The notes beneath the pieces were generated by a model. That model was not told where the DNA came from, searched no databases, and worked only from the letters and a program-made list of their open reading frames with translations. A stretch of 64,000 nt of DNA from an uncultured Chloroflexia bacterium (lineage in GTDB: Bacteria; Chloroflexota; Limnocylindria; Limnocylindrales; CSP1-4): contig CAWKHN010000015.1 in the NCBI GenBank assembly GCA_963849495.1, forward strand, positions 294,723 to 358,722, in the 5' to 3' direction. A program made the position numbers and the translations under genes. The number at the start of each line of letters is the position of its first letter. The first letter of the stretch is position 1. Below are positions 27,683 to 36,498 of this stretch, one piece after another.

Positions 27683-28486
27683 TCAGCCCACCCGCTTGAG
27701 CTTGCCGGTGCGCTTCGCATAGCGCTCGGCGCGCCCGAATGCCCACAACCCGGCCGGGATGAGCACGGCGCCCATCACCAGCAGCGGCAGGATGTCGCCG
27801 ACCAGTGCCGTCACGGACGTCCCGTCGAGCAGCCCGCCTCGGACGCCGTCGAGGACGTACGTTGCTGGTGACAGGTGCGAGACCGCCTGCATCCACCCGG
27901 GCAGCACGCTCACCGGGTAGTAGACGCCGGAGACCAGCAGCAGACACGACTGCAGGACGAAGGTCATCTGCGCGCCGCGCTCCACGTAGAGCAGGGGCAG
28001 GATGGCGGCCATCATGCCGATGCCCACGAAGCTGAACGAGCCGAGCGCGATGAACACCACCGCGGTCGCCAGGTTCATCGCCCCGGGGTTGAGCTGCGGG
28101 AAGAACAGCACCAGCACGACGAGCATCGCCGCCGTGTGCACGAGCCCGTACGCCATCGCGTACAGGCACGAGCCCAGCAGCTGCGTCCAGCGCCGGACGG
28201 GCGCCATCATCGTGTACTCGAGCGTGCCCTCCCATCGCTCCACGGCGATCGTCTCCGCGATCCACGAGAACACGACGGACAGGTAGTTCCAGAACACGGC
28301 CCCGACGATGAGCGTGAGAAGCAGACGGTCGTCACCCGCCGCGGCGCCGATCAGCGAGATCGACAGCGCACCGGCGACGGAGTAGACGAGGAACGCCACC
28401 TCCCAACCCCAGTAGCGGCGGGTGAGGAAGAAGTTGCGCTCGACGAAGGCGTACGACGCCTTCAGCTCCTGCGCGAGGAGAGCCAA
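27683..28486 (-). CDS. ABC-2 type transporter permease
   Basis: 267 aa, six predicted TM segments, ABC2_membrane-like. Confidence 0.8.
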   Translation of the reverse strand: MALLAQELKASYAFVERNFFLTRRYWGWEVAFLVYSVAGALSISLIGAAAGDDRLLLTLIVGAVFWNYLSVVFSWIAETIAVERWEGTLEYTMMAPVRRWTQLLGSCLYAMAYGLVHTAAMLVVLVLFFPQLNPGAMNLATAVVFIALGSFSFVGIGMMAAILPLLYVERGAQMTFVLQSCLLLVSGVYYPVSVLPGWMQAVSHLSPATYVLDGVRGGLLDGTSVTALVGDILPLLVMGAVLIPAGLWAFGRAERYAKRTGKLKRVG

Positions 28487-28525
28487 CGGAGTGTCCCTTT
28501 CGGATGGGGCCCCCGCCCCGACCGG

Positions 28526-28714
28526 TCAGCCGGTCGGAACGGGGGAGGTGCGTCGGTCGTCGGCGAGCCGCTCTCCGAGCCGGATGAGCGACGCGCCGAT
28601 GCGATGCCGGATGGGTCGGCCGGGCTGGCGGAACAGCCGCTCGGCCGCGATTCGCTCTCGCTCGAGCGCCTGGCGCTCGAGGATGGCGATGAGCTGGCGA
28701 TCGATGTGCCGCAT
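28526..28714 (-). CDS. small hypothetical protein (62 aa) between the ABC ATPase and the permease
   Basis: ATG at 28714 preceded by GGAGG. MRHIDRQLIAILERQALERERIAAERLF... Confidence 0.35.
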   Translation of the reverse strand: MRHIDRQLIAILERQALERERIAAERLFRQPGRPIRHRIGASLIRLGERLADDRRTSPVPTG

Positions 28715-28731
28715 GGCACACCTCCTTTCTG

Positions 28732-29688
28732 TCAGTTGTCGGTGTCGTCGTCGGTCTCGACGTCCTCGTCGAGCGAACGGCCGGTATAGGTCATGAACAC
28801 GGCCTCCAGCGTGGGCGGCTGCCCGTGACGCTCGGCCACGAGCTGCTTGAGCCCCTCGGGGCTGTCCTCGGCCACCACGCGCCCCTGATCGAGGATCGTG
28901 ATGCGGCTGCACAGGCGCTCGGCCTCGGCCAGGTCGTGGGTGGTGAGGACGATCGTCGCGTCGTGCGCGGCGTTGACCTCCTCCACGAACGCCTGGACGT
29001 CGAGCTTGCTGCGCGGATCGAGGCCCGTCGTCGGCTCGTCGAGGAGCAGCAGCGTCGGGCTCGTCAGCAGGGCTCGCGCGATCGCGACCTTCTGCTGCAT
29101 CCCCCGGCTCATCTGCTCCACCGGGCGGCCGAGGCGGCTCTCCGCGATGCCCAGCCGGGCGAGGATCGCCGTGGCCTCTCGCCGTGCCAGACGGGCATCG
29201 AGTCCGTACAGGCGGGCGGCGAACAGGAGGTTCTCCATCGGGCTGAGCTTCTTGAAGAAGGCCGCGTCCACGCTCACCCGGTTGATGAGCCGCTTCACGG
29301 CGAGCTCGTCACGCACGAGGTCGTGGCCGAAGACCTCCACCCGCCCCTCGTCCAGGGTCAGCAACCCCGACACGAGGCGGATGAGGGTCGACTTGCCGGA
29401 GCCGTTCGCCCCCAGGATCCCGTGGATCGCGCCGCGCTCCAGGCGGAGCGAGACGTCCTCGATCGCGATGACGGGAGGCTTGCGGCGGTCGACCTTGAAA
29501 CGCTTGGTGACGTGCTCGACGAGGAGCGCCGGCGGGCCGGCCGGGGTCCGGGGCGAGGGGACCGTCAGGTCCCCCGCGTCCGGGGCGGCCGGGATCCGCG
29601 CGGCGGACGCGCGACCGGCGAGGGGGGCCGGCAGCGGGCTCGACGTCGGGGTGGTCGTCTTCGGTTCGGGCGCGAGGGTGGTGGTCAC
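28732..29688 (-). CDS. ABC transporter ATP-binding protein (DrrA-like)
   Basis: Walker A GANGSGKST, signature MSRGMQQKV, Walker B LLLLDEPTTGLD. The low-complexity N-terminal extension in the track is probably untranslated; I chose a GTG near 29688. Confidence 0.8.
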   Translation of the reverse strand: MTTTLAPEPKTTTPTSSPLPAPLAGRASAARIPAAPDAGDLTVPSPRTPAGPPALLVEHVTKRFKVDRRKPPVIAIEDVSLRLERGAIHGILGANGSGKSTLIRLVSGLLTLDEGRVEVFGHDLVRDELAVKRLINRVSVDAAFFKKLSPMENLLFAARLYGLDARLARREATAILARLGIAESRLGRPVEQMSRGMQQKVAIARALLTSPTLLLLDEPTTGLDPRSKLDVQAFVEEVNAAHDATIVLTTHDLAEAERLCSRITILDQGRVVAEDSPEGLKQLVAERHGQPPTLEAVFMTYTGRSLDEDVETDDDTDN

Positions 29689-30059
29689 GGGACCCTCCTG
29701 CGGTGATGGGTGGCTCGGGTGGGTGAGCCGGACCGCGGTGTCCCGGACATGGGACGAGCCGCGGACCCGGAATGCGGGGGGCCGGCGGCTCGTGTGGTCG
29801 AGGCGGGCACGAAGGTGCCCGAGAATCACGTGAGCCGCGGACCCGGTGGGCCCACGGCTCGGCGGTCGCTCCTGGGGCTGAAGCCCCGCGTCCTACCTGC
29901 TGGTGGGCACACCTCTCCCGCTGACAGCGCCGATGAGCGCCGCTTTGCGCGGGTAGAAGACTGCGTTCTTCACCATGGGGCGTACCGCCTCCGGTAACAG
30001 GACGTGCCGAGCGACCTGCTCGACCGCGGCGGAGTCTACGCGCACGGGAGCCGCCTCGT

Positions 30060-30095
30060 CAACAGCACGTGGACGACCTGACCCACGTCCTGTTG
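30060..30095. promoter_or_regulatory. 13-bp inverted repeat (caacagcacgtgg ... ccacgtcctgttg) upstream of the DUF2975 / HTH pair
   Basis: Direct reading; 1 mismatch, 11-nt loop. Confidence 0.35.
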
Positions 30096-30161
30096 GCCAT
30101 GACGCCGCCGGGTGCCGATTGGCCTATTGACAGTCGAGCGAAAGCAATCGACACTCGATAG

Positions 30162-30638
30162 ATGCACACGCTCGCAACGCGGCTTCTCCGGGTCGCTCTT
30201 GTCGCCCTCCTGCTCGGAACCGTGCTCGCCCAGGTGCTCCTGACCGTATACGCATCCGAGGTCGGGACGAGATTTCCCGAAGTCGCCTACCTCGTCATCC
30301 CGTACTCGGTGGCCGCCATCCTGTTCATCGGATGCGGCCAGGTGGCGCTGCTCGTCGTCTGGCGGCTGCTGTCGCTGGTCGACGACGGGGTCATCTTCAC
30401 TCGCCGCGCCGTGCGCTGGGTCGACGTCGTCATGGCCTGCGCGGCGGTCGCCACGGTCCTGACCGCGGGCGTGTTGATCCACATGCTCAGCTTCGTCCCT
30501 GGTGGCGGCGGACCGATGATCTACTACCTGGCTGTCTGCATCGCCGGCGGGCTGGCGTTCATGCTCCTGATGATCGTCATGCGAGGCTTGCTCGAGTCGG
30601 CGATCGCCGACCGCACCGAGCTCGACGAGGTGATCTGA
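30162..30638 (+). CDS. DUF2975-type membrane protein
   Basis: 158 aa, 4 TM. Coupled (ATGA) to the small HTH regulator that follows; this pairing is conserved in Firmicutes and Actinobacteria. Confidence 0.7.
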   Translation: MHTLATRLLRVALVALLLGTVLAQVLLTVYASEVGTRFPEVAYLVIPYSVAAILFIGCGQVALLVVWRLLSLVDDGVIFTRRAVRWVDVVMACAAVATVLTAGVLIHMLSFVPGGGGPMIYYLAVCIAGGLAFMLLMIVMRGLLESAIADRTELDEVI

Positions 30639-30853
30639 TGGCCCTCGTCGTCGAGCTCGACGTCATGCTCGCCCGACGCAAGATGTCCGTGGGCGATTTT
30701 GCCAACGAGGTCGGCATCACGCCGGCGAACGTCGCCGTCCTGAAGAACGGACGCGCCCGAGCCATCCGGTTCACCACCCTGGACTCGATCTGCCGGGTGC
30801 TCGATTGCCAGCCGGGTGACATCCTCCGGTGGACCGTCGACCCGCCCGCCTAG
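30638..30853 (+). CDS. HTH XRE-family (YozG-like) transcriptional regulator
   Basis: 71 aa: MALVVELDVMLARRKMSVGDFANEVGITPANVAVLKNGRARAIRFTTLDSICRVLDCQPGDIL. Confidence 0.8.
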   Translation: MALVVELDVMLARRKMSVGDFANEVGITPANVAVLKNGRARAIRFTTLDSICRVLDCQPGDILRWTVDPPA

Positions 30854-30941
30854 CGGGCGGATGCTCTGGACCGTTTGTACGGCGTGACAAGCCCGGCCGA
30901 CCTGGCCATGGCCGTGTTCGCCCCGCGCGTCGACCTTTGGG

Positions 30942-31514
30942 TCACGCCCGGCGTCGCATCACCACGCGTGGGGTGCCGGCCGCGGCCTTGGACGTGGTCC
31001 GGGCCGCAACCGAGAACCCGGCCCGCTCGAACATCGATGCCGTGCCCGTGTAGACCGAGGCCGACGAGATCCGGCCGCCGCTGGTCGCGACCGGGTAGCC
31101 CTCGAGCAGGGTTGCACCGTGATCACGGGCGTATTCGACGGCCGCGTCGAGCAGTGCGCTCGCGATCCCGCTCCGCCGCGCCGTCCTCGCCACGACGAAG
31201 CAGTTGACGACCCACACTCCTTCCCCGGGGAGCTGCGGGATCGTTCGCGACCGGCCCAGCCGCCCGAACTCCTCGCGCGGACCCAGACCGACCCAGCCCA
31301 CGGCCGCGCCGTCCCGGAGCGCCACCAGCCCGGGGGCCGGATCGCGATCCACCAGCGCCCGCAGCGAGTCACGGTTGTCGTCGGCCGTGGTGTTCGACCA
31401 GTTCGATCCGGGCTTGCGCCAGAACTGGCACCAGCACCACTTCGGGTCGCCGCCTGCGGCGAACAGCTCGGCGAGCGCGGGCCAGACATCGGGCGAGGCG
31501 GGGACGATCTCCAT
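30942..31514 (-). CDS. GNAT family N-acetyltransferase
   Basis: 190 aa with CWCQFWR and a GNAT core (VVNCFVVARTARRSGIASALL). Confidence 0.7.
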   Translation of the reverse strand: MEIVPASPDVWPALAELFAAGGDPKWCWCQFWRKPGSNWSNTTADDNRDSLRALVDRDPAPGLVALRDGAAVGWVGLGPREEFGRLGRSRTIPQLPGEGVWVVNCFVVARTARRSGIASALLDAAVEYARDHGATLLEGYPVATSGGRISSASVYTGTASMFERAGFSVAARTTSKAAAGTPRVVMRRRA

Positions 31515-31579
31515 GCGGGACAGGGTAGGCCGTGAGTCCGGCCCCCGGTGCCGCCTCTCGACGGACGTGCGAGCCCCCC

Positions 31580-31975
31580 CTACGTCAGCATGTCGATCGA
31601 CGCGGTCGGGACGATCCCGTCGAGGCTGCGCGCCAGATCCTCGTCCAGGGTGATGAACGCGTCCGCCTGCAGCTGGGTCAGCGCAACGTACTCGGCGTCG
31701 TAGGTCGAGGCCCATCCCAGCTGGTCCGCCACGTCCCAGGCGCGGCGCCGGAGCACGGCGTCGCCGAGAAGCCTGATCGACATCCGCCCGATGTGCGCGA
31801 GGTGGTCACGCGCGACGTCGGCCTCGATCTCGCCCCGCTGGGCGGCCTCGTGCAGGGCCGAGAGCACCTGGGAGCGCAGGAGCGTCGGAGAGAGGAGCTC
31901 GTGCCCGCCCGGGATCTCGATCCCCGCGCTCGCCAGGTGCAGAACGGCGCTGGCGTCGACGACGAACCTGGTCAT
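31580..31975 (-). CDS. orphan PIN-domain (VapC-like) protein
   Basis: MTRFVVDASAV...TYDAEYVALTQ...FITLDEDL. ATG at 31975 after GAGGT. No antitoxin-sized ORF in the 150 bp upstream. Confidence 0.7.
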   Translation of the reverse strand: MTRFVVDASAVLHLASAGIEIPGGHELLSPTLLRSQVLSALHEAAQRGEIEADVARDHLAHIGRMSIRLLGDAVLRRRAWDVADQLGWASTYDAEYVALTQLQADAFITLDEDLARSLDGIVPTASIDMLT

Positions 31976-32129
31976 CGGGTACCTCGGGTGCGGTGCGAAG
32001 GAACGCGACAACACTACCTCTGCGTGCCTTCGCGCTCGCCTGGACGGCCAACCCGGGCGGTCGCCAGCCGCCTATCCTTGTCGTGATCGCCGTCGTCTCG
32101 TCCGCGCCGGTCCACAGGGAGGAATCCGC

Positions 32130-32534
32130 ATGCTGCGCCGGATGCTCGCCATCGGTCTCATCGCGCTGAGCGTCGTCGCATGCGGGGGGTCAACGGCAAC
32201 GCCATCGCCATCGGCCGCTGCGTCGGTCGCGCCGACCCTGACGCCGACCCTGACGCCGACCGAGCAGCCCACGACGGCGTCGACGACGATGACCGCGATC
32301 TGCAACGCGATCGGGGTGCGCAAGACGCCCTCGACGACGGGCGGGCTGGTGGCCCGCGTCAACAACGGGGCGACGGTCCACGCTGTCAATACGGTGACCG
32401 GCGATGCGTACACGGTGGGGGCCTGCGGCACGGGCGGCACCACATGGCTCGAGATCGACGAGATCAACGGCAAGACGGTCCAGTCGATGTATGGCGTGCC
32501 GTCCGTCTACTCCGCGGCCGGGCTGTTCCAGTAG
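32130..32534 (+). CDS. lipoprotein with a C-terminal SH3b-like domain
   Basis: Signal peptide plus lipobox (LSVVACGG) and a Thr/Pro-rich linker. GATVHAVNTVTGDAYTVGACGTGGTTWLEID resembles bacterial SH3. Confidence 0.6.
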   Translation: MLRRMLAIGLIALSVVACGGSTATPSPSAAASVAPTLTPTLTPTEQPTTASTTMTAICNAIGVRKTPSTTGGLVARVNNGATVHAVNTVTGDAYTVGACGTGGTTWLEIDEINGKTVQSMYGVPSVYSAAGLFQ

Positions 32535-32580
32535 GGGCTCGCCCGCGCACGGTTGTCCACCGGGGCGGTAGCCTCTCACC

Positions 32581-33510
32581 GTGACCCAGGAGAGCCGGCC
32601 GGAGGCCGTTCCGCTGCCCAGCGCGTGGGCGGCTCCATGGCGCGCGGAACCCGCCAGTCCGCGCTCGATCGTGGAGCTGCTGGCTGCCGGCGTGCTGGAC
32701 ACGGAGCTCGCGGCGCTGCTGTGGCTCCTGGTCGAGGCGCGGCTGCCGATCGTCGTCGCCGGGCCCTTCGGTGCCGGGCGCACGACGCTCCTGACCGCGC
32801 TGCTCGACTTCCTGCCCGCCGATGCGCGGCCCGTGCCGCTCGCCGGCGCGGAGGAGGACTTCGACTGGCTCCCCGAGGCGCCCGAGCTTGGCTGGCGCCG
32901 CGAGCGGACCGGCGCGGCGCGCGGTCGCGGTGCTGCGGCCAGCCCGGGCAACACGGTGCTCATGGTGCGGGAGCTGGGCGGGCGGCCCCCTGCGGGCACG
33001 TGGGGTCCGCGGGCCCGGATCGTCATCAGGGCGCTCGCGGTCGGGTACGGCATGGCGGCGACGATGATCGCGGGAGGCCTCGAGGACGTGTTCGCCACGC
33101 TGCACGCCGCACCAGTGAGCGCGGACGACGACGAGCTGGCCCGGCTCGGGCTCGTGCTCGTGGTGAACGCGTTCCCCGACGAGACGGCGAGCCGCGAACC
33201 GCGCCGCCGGGTGGTCGCGGCCCACTACGTGCGCCCGGTCGTCCGCGACGCGCACGGCCACGTCCAGAGACTGCCCCCGGCCGTTCTGGCCGCGCACGAG
33301 CCGCGGACCGACCGCCTCGAGCACTTCGCCTGGGGGATCGTGGGCGAGCTGGCCGGCCGAACCGGGCGCCCGTCGATCGACTTCGAGCGCGAGCAGGCGC
33401 AGCGGGCCGGCTACCTCGCGGGGCTGGTCGCGGGCGGGATCAGCGACCCGGACGACGTGCGAGCCGCGATCGCCGGCTACCGGGGCACCGAGGGCGATCG
33501 GCCGGCCTGA
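32581..33510 (+). CDS. CpaF/TadA (T2SSE/VirB11)-family ATPase homologue with a degenerate Walker A (probable pseudo-ATPase)
   Basis: ELAALLWLLVEARLPIVVAGPFGAGRTTLLTAL aligns to the CpaF LNIVVSGGTGSGKTTLLNAL block, but the Walker A Lys is Arg. LMVRELGG aligns to the Walker B region (IIVGEVRG). The His-box region (GYGMAATMIAGG) lacks the His. Confidence 0.6.
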   Translation: MTQESRPEAVPLPSAWAAPWRAEPASPRSIVELLAAGVLDTELAALLWLLVEARLPIVVAGPFGAGRTTLLTALLDFLPADARPVPLAGAEEDFDWLPEAPELGWRRERTGAARGRGAAASPGNTVLMVRELGGRPPAGTWGPRARIVIRALAVGYGMAATMIAGGLEDVFATLHAAPVSADDDELARLGLVLVVNAFPDETASREPRRRVVAAHYVRPVVRDAHGHVQRLPPAVLAAHEPRTDRLEHFAWGIVGELAGRTGRPSIDFEREQAQRAGYLAGLVAGGISDPDDVRAAIAGYRGTEGDRPA

Positions 33511-33711
33511 CGGACGGGGCCGTGAGGCCGGGGACCGGCTCCCGTTTCCGAGGTCCGCGCCCGCGGGCGGCGGGCTGCTCGCGTGCCTGTTGTGCACCGT
33601 GACCCGATCGAGCGCCACGGCGGTCTCGTGTCGTACAGTTCCGGCCGGGCGCGGCCCGACCTGACCCACATGGGCCGGGTTGCCGGTCGCGCGGTTCACA
33701 GGGAGGTGCGC

Positions 33712-34203
33712 ATGCTCCAGTTGTTCCTCGTCCTTCACGTCCTGGGCGCGATCGCGGTGTTCGGCCCGACGTTCGCGTTTCCGCTGATCGCGAGACACGC
33801 CAGTAGGGAGCCGCAGCACGGGCACTTCGCGGCCGTCGTGACCGACGCCATCGAGCGCCGGATCGTCATCCCGGGCGCGATCGTCCAGGGGATCACGGGC
33901 GTTGCGCTGATCCTGGTGCTCGGCCTGAACCTCACCGACCCGGCGTGGCGATGGCTGATCCTGGGTATCGTGCTGTACCTGATCGCGGTCGCGTACGCCG
34001 TCTTCGTCCAGGCACCCGCGTCGGAGAAGATGGTTCACCTGACGGCCGGCGGGCCGCCCGCCGGGGCACCGCCTGCGGGGGCACCCGCCGGTCCGCCCCC
34101 GGAGCTCGTCGCGACCGCGAAGAAGCTCCAGCAGGGTGGAATGTTCCTGAGCGTCATGATCGTGGCGATCGTGATCCTGATGGTGACGAAGCCCATGGGA
34201 TGA
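33712..34203 (+). CDS. DUF2269-like membrane protein
   Basis: ATG at 33712 after GGGAGG. 4 TM segments and a Pro/Ala-rich loop. Confidence 0.55.
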   Translation: MLQLFLVLHVLGAIAVFGPTFAFPLIARHASREPQHGHFAAVVTDAIERRIVIPGAIVQGITGVALILVLGLNLTDPAWRWLILGIVLYLIAVAYAVFVQAPASEKMVHLTAGGPPAGAPPAGAPAGPPPELVATAKKLQQGGMFLSVMIVAIVILMVTKPMG

Positions 34204-34501
34204 GGCCGCCGGATGCGGTCGACCGCGGTCGAGCGCGGTCGGACGGGGAACCCGTCCGACCGCCCGGCCCGCCGGACAGGCGGCCGGTCGGCCCGCCGGC
34301 GCGGGCCATGCAGCCCCCGAACCCTGACCGCCGGCCCGGTCGGGGGCGCCCTTCTGCCCTCGCAATCGTGGATCTCCTGCGTCAACCTTGACGGGCGGCC
34401 CGGCCTCGTGGCCGGGCGGTCCCGTAGCGGCCGGCTCGTCCTCGCCTGGTCCGGCCGCGCGCGGCTACCATCTGTCCGACACCCGCAGGAGACCGTTTCC
34501 G

Positions 34502-35905
34502 ATGCCCAACGTCGCCACCTCGATCGCCGACCTCCTCACCCGGCTCTCCGGGATCGCCCACATCGAGGGTGATCGCCTGCTCATCGACGATGAGGCGAGG
34601 TTCCGGTCCGAGGCTGCGGCCGACCTCGCATGGACCGCGGCCTTCACCGAGGACGACCCGACCGCGGAGGCGGTCCGCTGGATCGTCTGGGAGGCGAGCC
34701 AGGCGCTGGGCGCCCGGTCGTCGAGCATCGAGGACCTGTACCGGGCCCGGGGTCGCGGCGAGATCCACGGGTTCACCGTCCCGGCGATCAACATCCGCGC
34801 CCAGACGTTCGACATGGCGCGCACCCTGTATCAGACGGCCGCCCGCGCCGACGTCGGCACCGTGATCTTCGAGCTTGCCCGGAGCGAGCAGACGTACACC
34901 TACCAGCGGCCGATGGACTACGCGACGTCCGTGCTCGCGGGCGCGATCGCGGCCGGGTGGACGCACCCGGTGTTCATCCAGGGCGATCACTACCAGTTCA
35001 ACGCCAAGAAGTACGCGGCGGACCCGGAGGCGATGACCGAGGAGATCCGGCGTGCCTGCCGCCTCGCGATCGACGCCGGCTACCACAACATCGACATCGA
35101 CAGTTCCACCCTGGTCGACCTCTCGCAGCCGAACCTGGATCTCGAGCAGCGCGAGAACTACACCCGCGCGGCGGAGCTGACGGCGCTCATCCGCACACTC
35201 GAGACCGATGGCGTGACCGTCAGCGTGGGCGGCGAGATCGGCGAGGTCGGCAAGCAGAACTCCACGCCCGACGAGCTCAAGGCATACCTGGACGGCTACA
35301 ACCGTGAGCTCGCCGCGCGCGCCCCGGGCGCCACGGGCCTGTCCAAGGTCAGCGTCCAGACCGGGACCTCGCACGGCGGTGTCCCGCTCCCCGACGGCGG
35401 CGTGGCCGAGGTCAAGCTGGACTTCGAGGTGCTCCGCGAGCTGGGCGAGATCGCCCGGTCCTACGGCGCGGCAGGCGCGGTCCAGCACGGTGCCTCGACG
35501 CTCCCGGACGAGCTGTTCCATCACTTCCCGGCCGTCGAGACGGCGGAGATCCACCTCGCCACGGGGTTCCAGAACCTGCTCTACGACCATCCCGCATTCC
35601 CCGCCGCGCTCACGGCGGAGATCGACGAGTGGTGCCGCCAGAACGCGGCGAACGAGCGCAAGGCCGGCCAGACGGAGGAGCAGTTCCTGTACACGACGCG
35701 CAAGAAGACGATCGGGCCGTTCAAGCGCCGGCTGTGGGAGCTCGAGACCAGGGACGAGATCCTGGCCGCGCAGGGGGCCAAGGTCGCCTACCTGTTCTCG
35801 GCCCTGGGCGTGAACGGGTCGATGGAGATGCTGGAGCGCTACGTCCGGCCCGTGCCGGTCGTGCGGCCCATCCCCGAGACCCTGCGCGCCGCGGTCGCCG
35901 GCTGA
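34502..35905 (+). CDS. class II fructose-bisphosphate aldolase family protein (long ~470-aa form)
   Basis: ...IQGDHYQF... and ...HGASTLPDELF... metal- and substrate-binding blocks. ATG at 34502. Confidence 0.75.
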   Translation: MPNVATSIADLLTRLSGIAHIEGDRLLIDDEARFRSEAAADLAWTAAFTEDDPTAEAVRWIVWEASQALGARSSSIEDLYRARGRGEIHGFTVPAINIRAQTFDMARTLYQTAARADVGTVIFELARSEQTYTYQRPMDYATSVLAGAIAAGWTHPVFIQGDHYQFNAKKYAADPEAMTEEIRRACRLAIDAGYHNIDIDSSTLVDLSQPNLDLEQRENYTRAAELTALIRTLETDGVTVSVGGEIGEVGKQNSTPDELKAYLDGYNRELAARAPGATGLSKVSVQTGTSHGGVPLPDGGVAEVKLDFEVLRELGEIARSYGAAGAVQHGASTLPDELFHHFPAVETAEIHLATGFQNLLYDHPAFPAALTAEIDEWCRQNAANERKAGQTEEQFLYTTRKKTIGPFKRRLWELETRDEILAAQGAKVAYLFSALGVNGSMEMLERYVRPVPVVRPIPETLRAAVAG

Positions 35906-35906
35906 C

Positions 35907-36482
35907 GTGGCGGACGGCCCTGGACGAATTCTCGCGCCCGAGCCCGAGGAGCCGTACCGGGTCACCATCCGTCTCGAGGCCCCCGGCGACGAGCCGTCAG
36001 TCCGCGCGGTCGAGGAAGCGGCCTTCCCCGGTCCCGAGGAGGCGGACACCGTCGACCGGATCCGGCGGGAGGCGCCGCCGGGCTGGCACTCCCTGGTCGC
36101 CGTCGACGAGGCGCAGCACATGGTCGGCCACCTGTTGCTGTCGCCATGCCCCGTCCTCGACGACGACGGAGCACGGGTGGCGGAGGTGCTTGCGATCGGG
36201 CCGGTGGCCGTCCTGCCCGACGTCCAGTCCCGTGGCATCGGCTCCGCGCTGATGGCCGCCGCAACGAGCCTCGCGATTGCGCGGGCGGTGCCGGCGGTGG
36301 TGCTGCTCGGGCACCCGTCCTACTACCCGCGGTTCGGGTTCACGCCCGCGCGAGCGATGGGCCTGGAGCCACCCGCACAGGCATGGCCGGACGACGCGTG
36401 GCTGGCCCGGCGGCTGCCGGCCTGGACCGATGACGTCCGTGGCACCGTGCGCTATCCGGAGGCGTTCGGGCCGCTCGCGTGA
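35907..36482 (+). CDS. GNAT family N-acetyltransferase
   Basis: VQSRGIGSALMAAA core motif. Confidence 0.75.
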   Translation: MADGPGRILAPEPEEPYRVTIRLEAPGDEPSVRAVEEAAFPGPEEADTVDRIRREAPPGWHSLVAVDEAQHMVGHLLLSPCPVLDDDGARVAEVLAIGPVAVLPDVQSRGIGSALMAAATSLAIARAVPAVVLLGHPSYYPRFGFTPARAMGLEPPAQAWPDDAWLARRLPAWTDDVRGTVRYPEAFGPLA

Positions 36483-36498
36483 TCGAGGAGGGAGCCGA

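Noticed and set aside
31976-32128. Antitoxin ORF upstream of the orphan PIN gene
   Set aside because: The only ORFs are an in-frame N-terminal extension of the PIN gene (GTG at 32014, poor RBS spacing) and an overlapping out-of-frame ORF 31806..32051 with no antitoxin-like features.
34035-34385. Minus-strand 116-aa ORF in the DUF2269 / aldolase intergenic region
   Set aside because: Pro/Ala/Gly low-complexity product that overlaps the 3' end of the DUF2269 gene. No start context.
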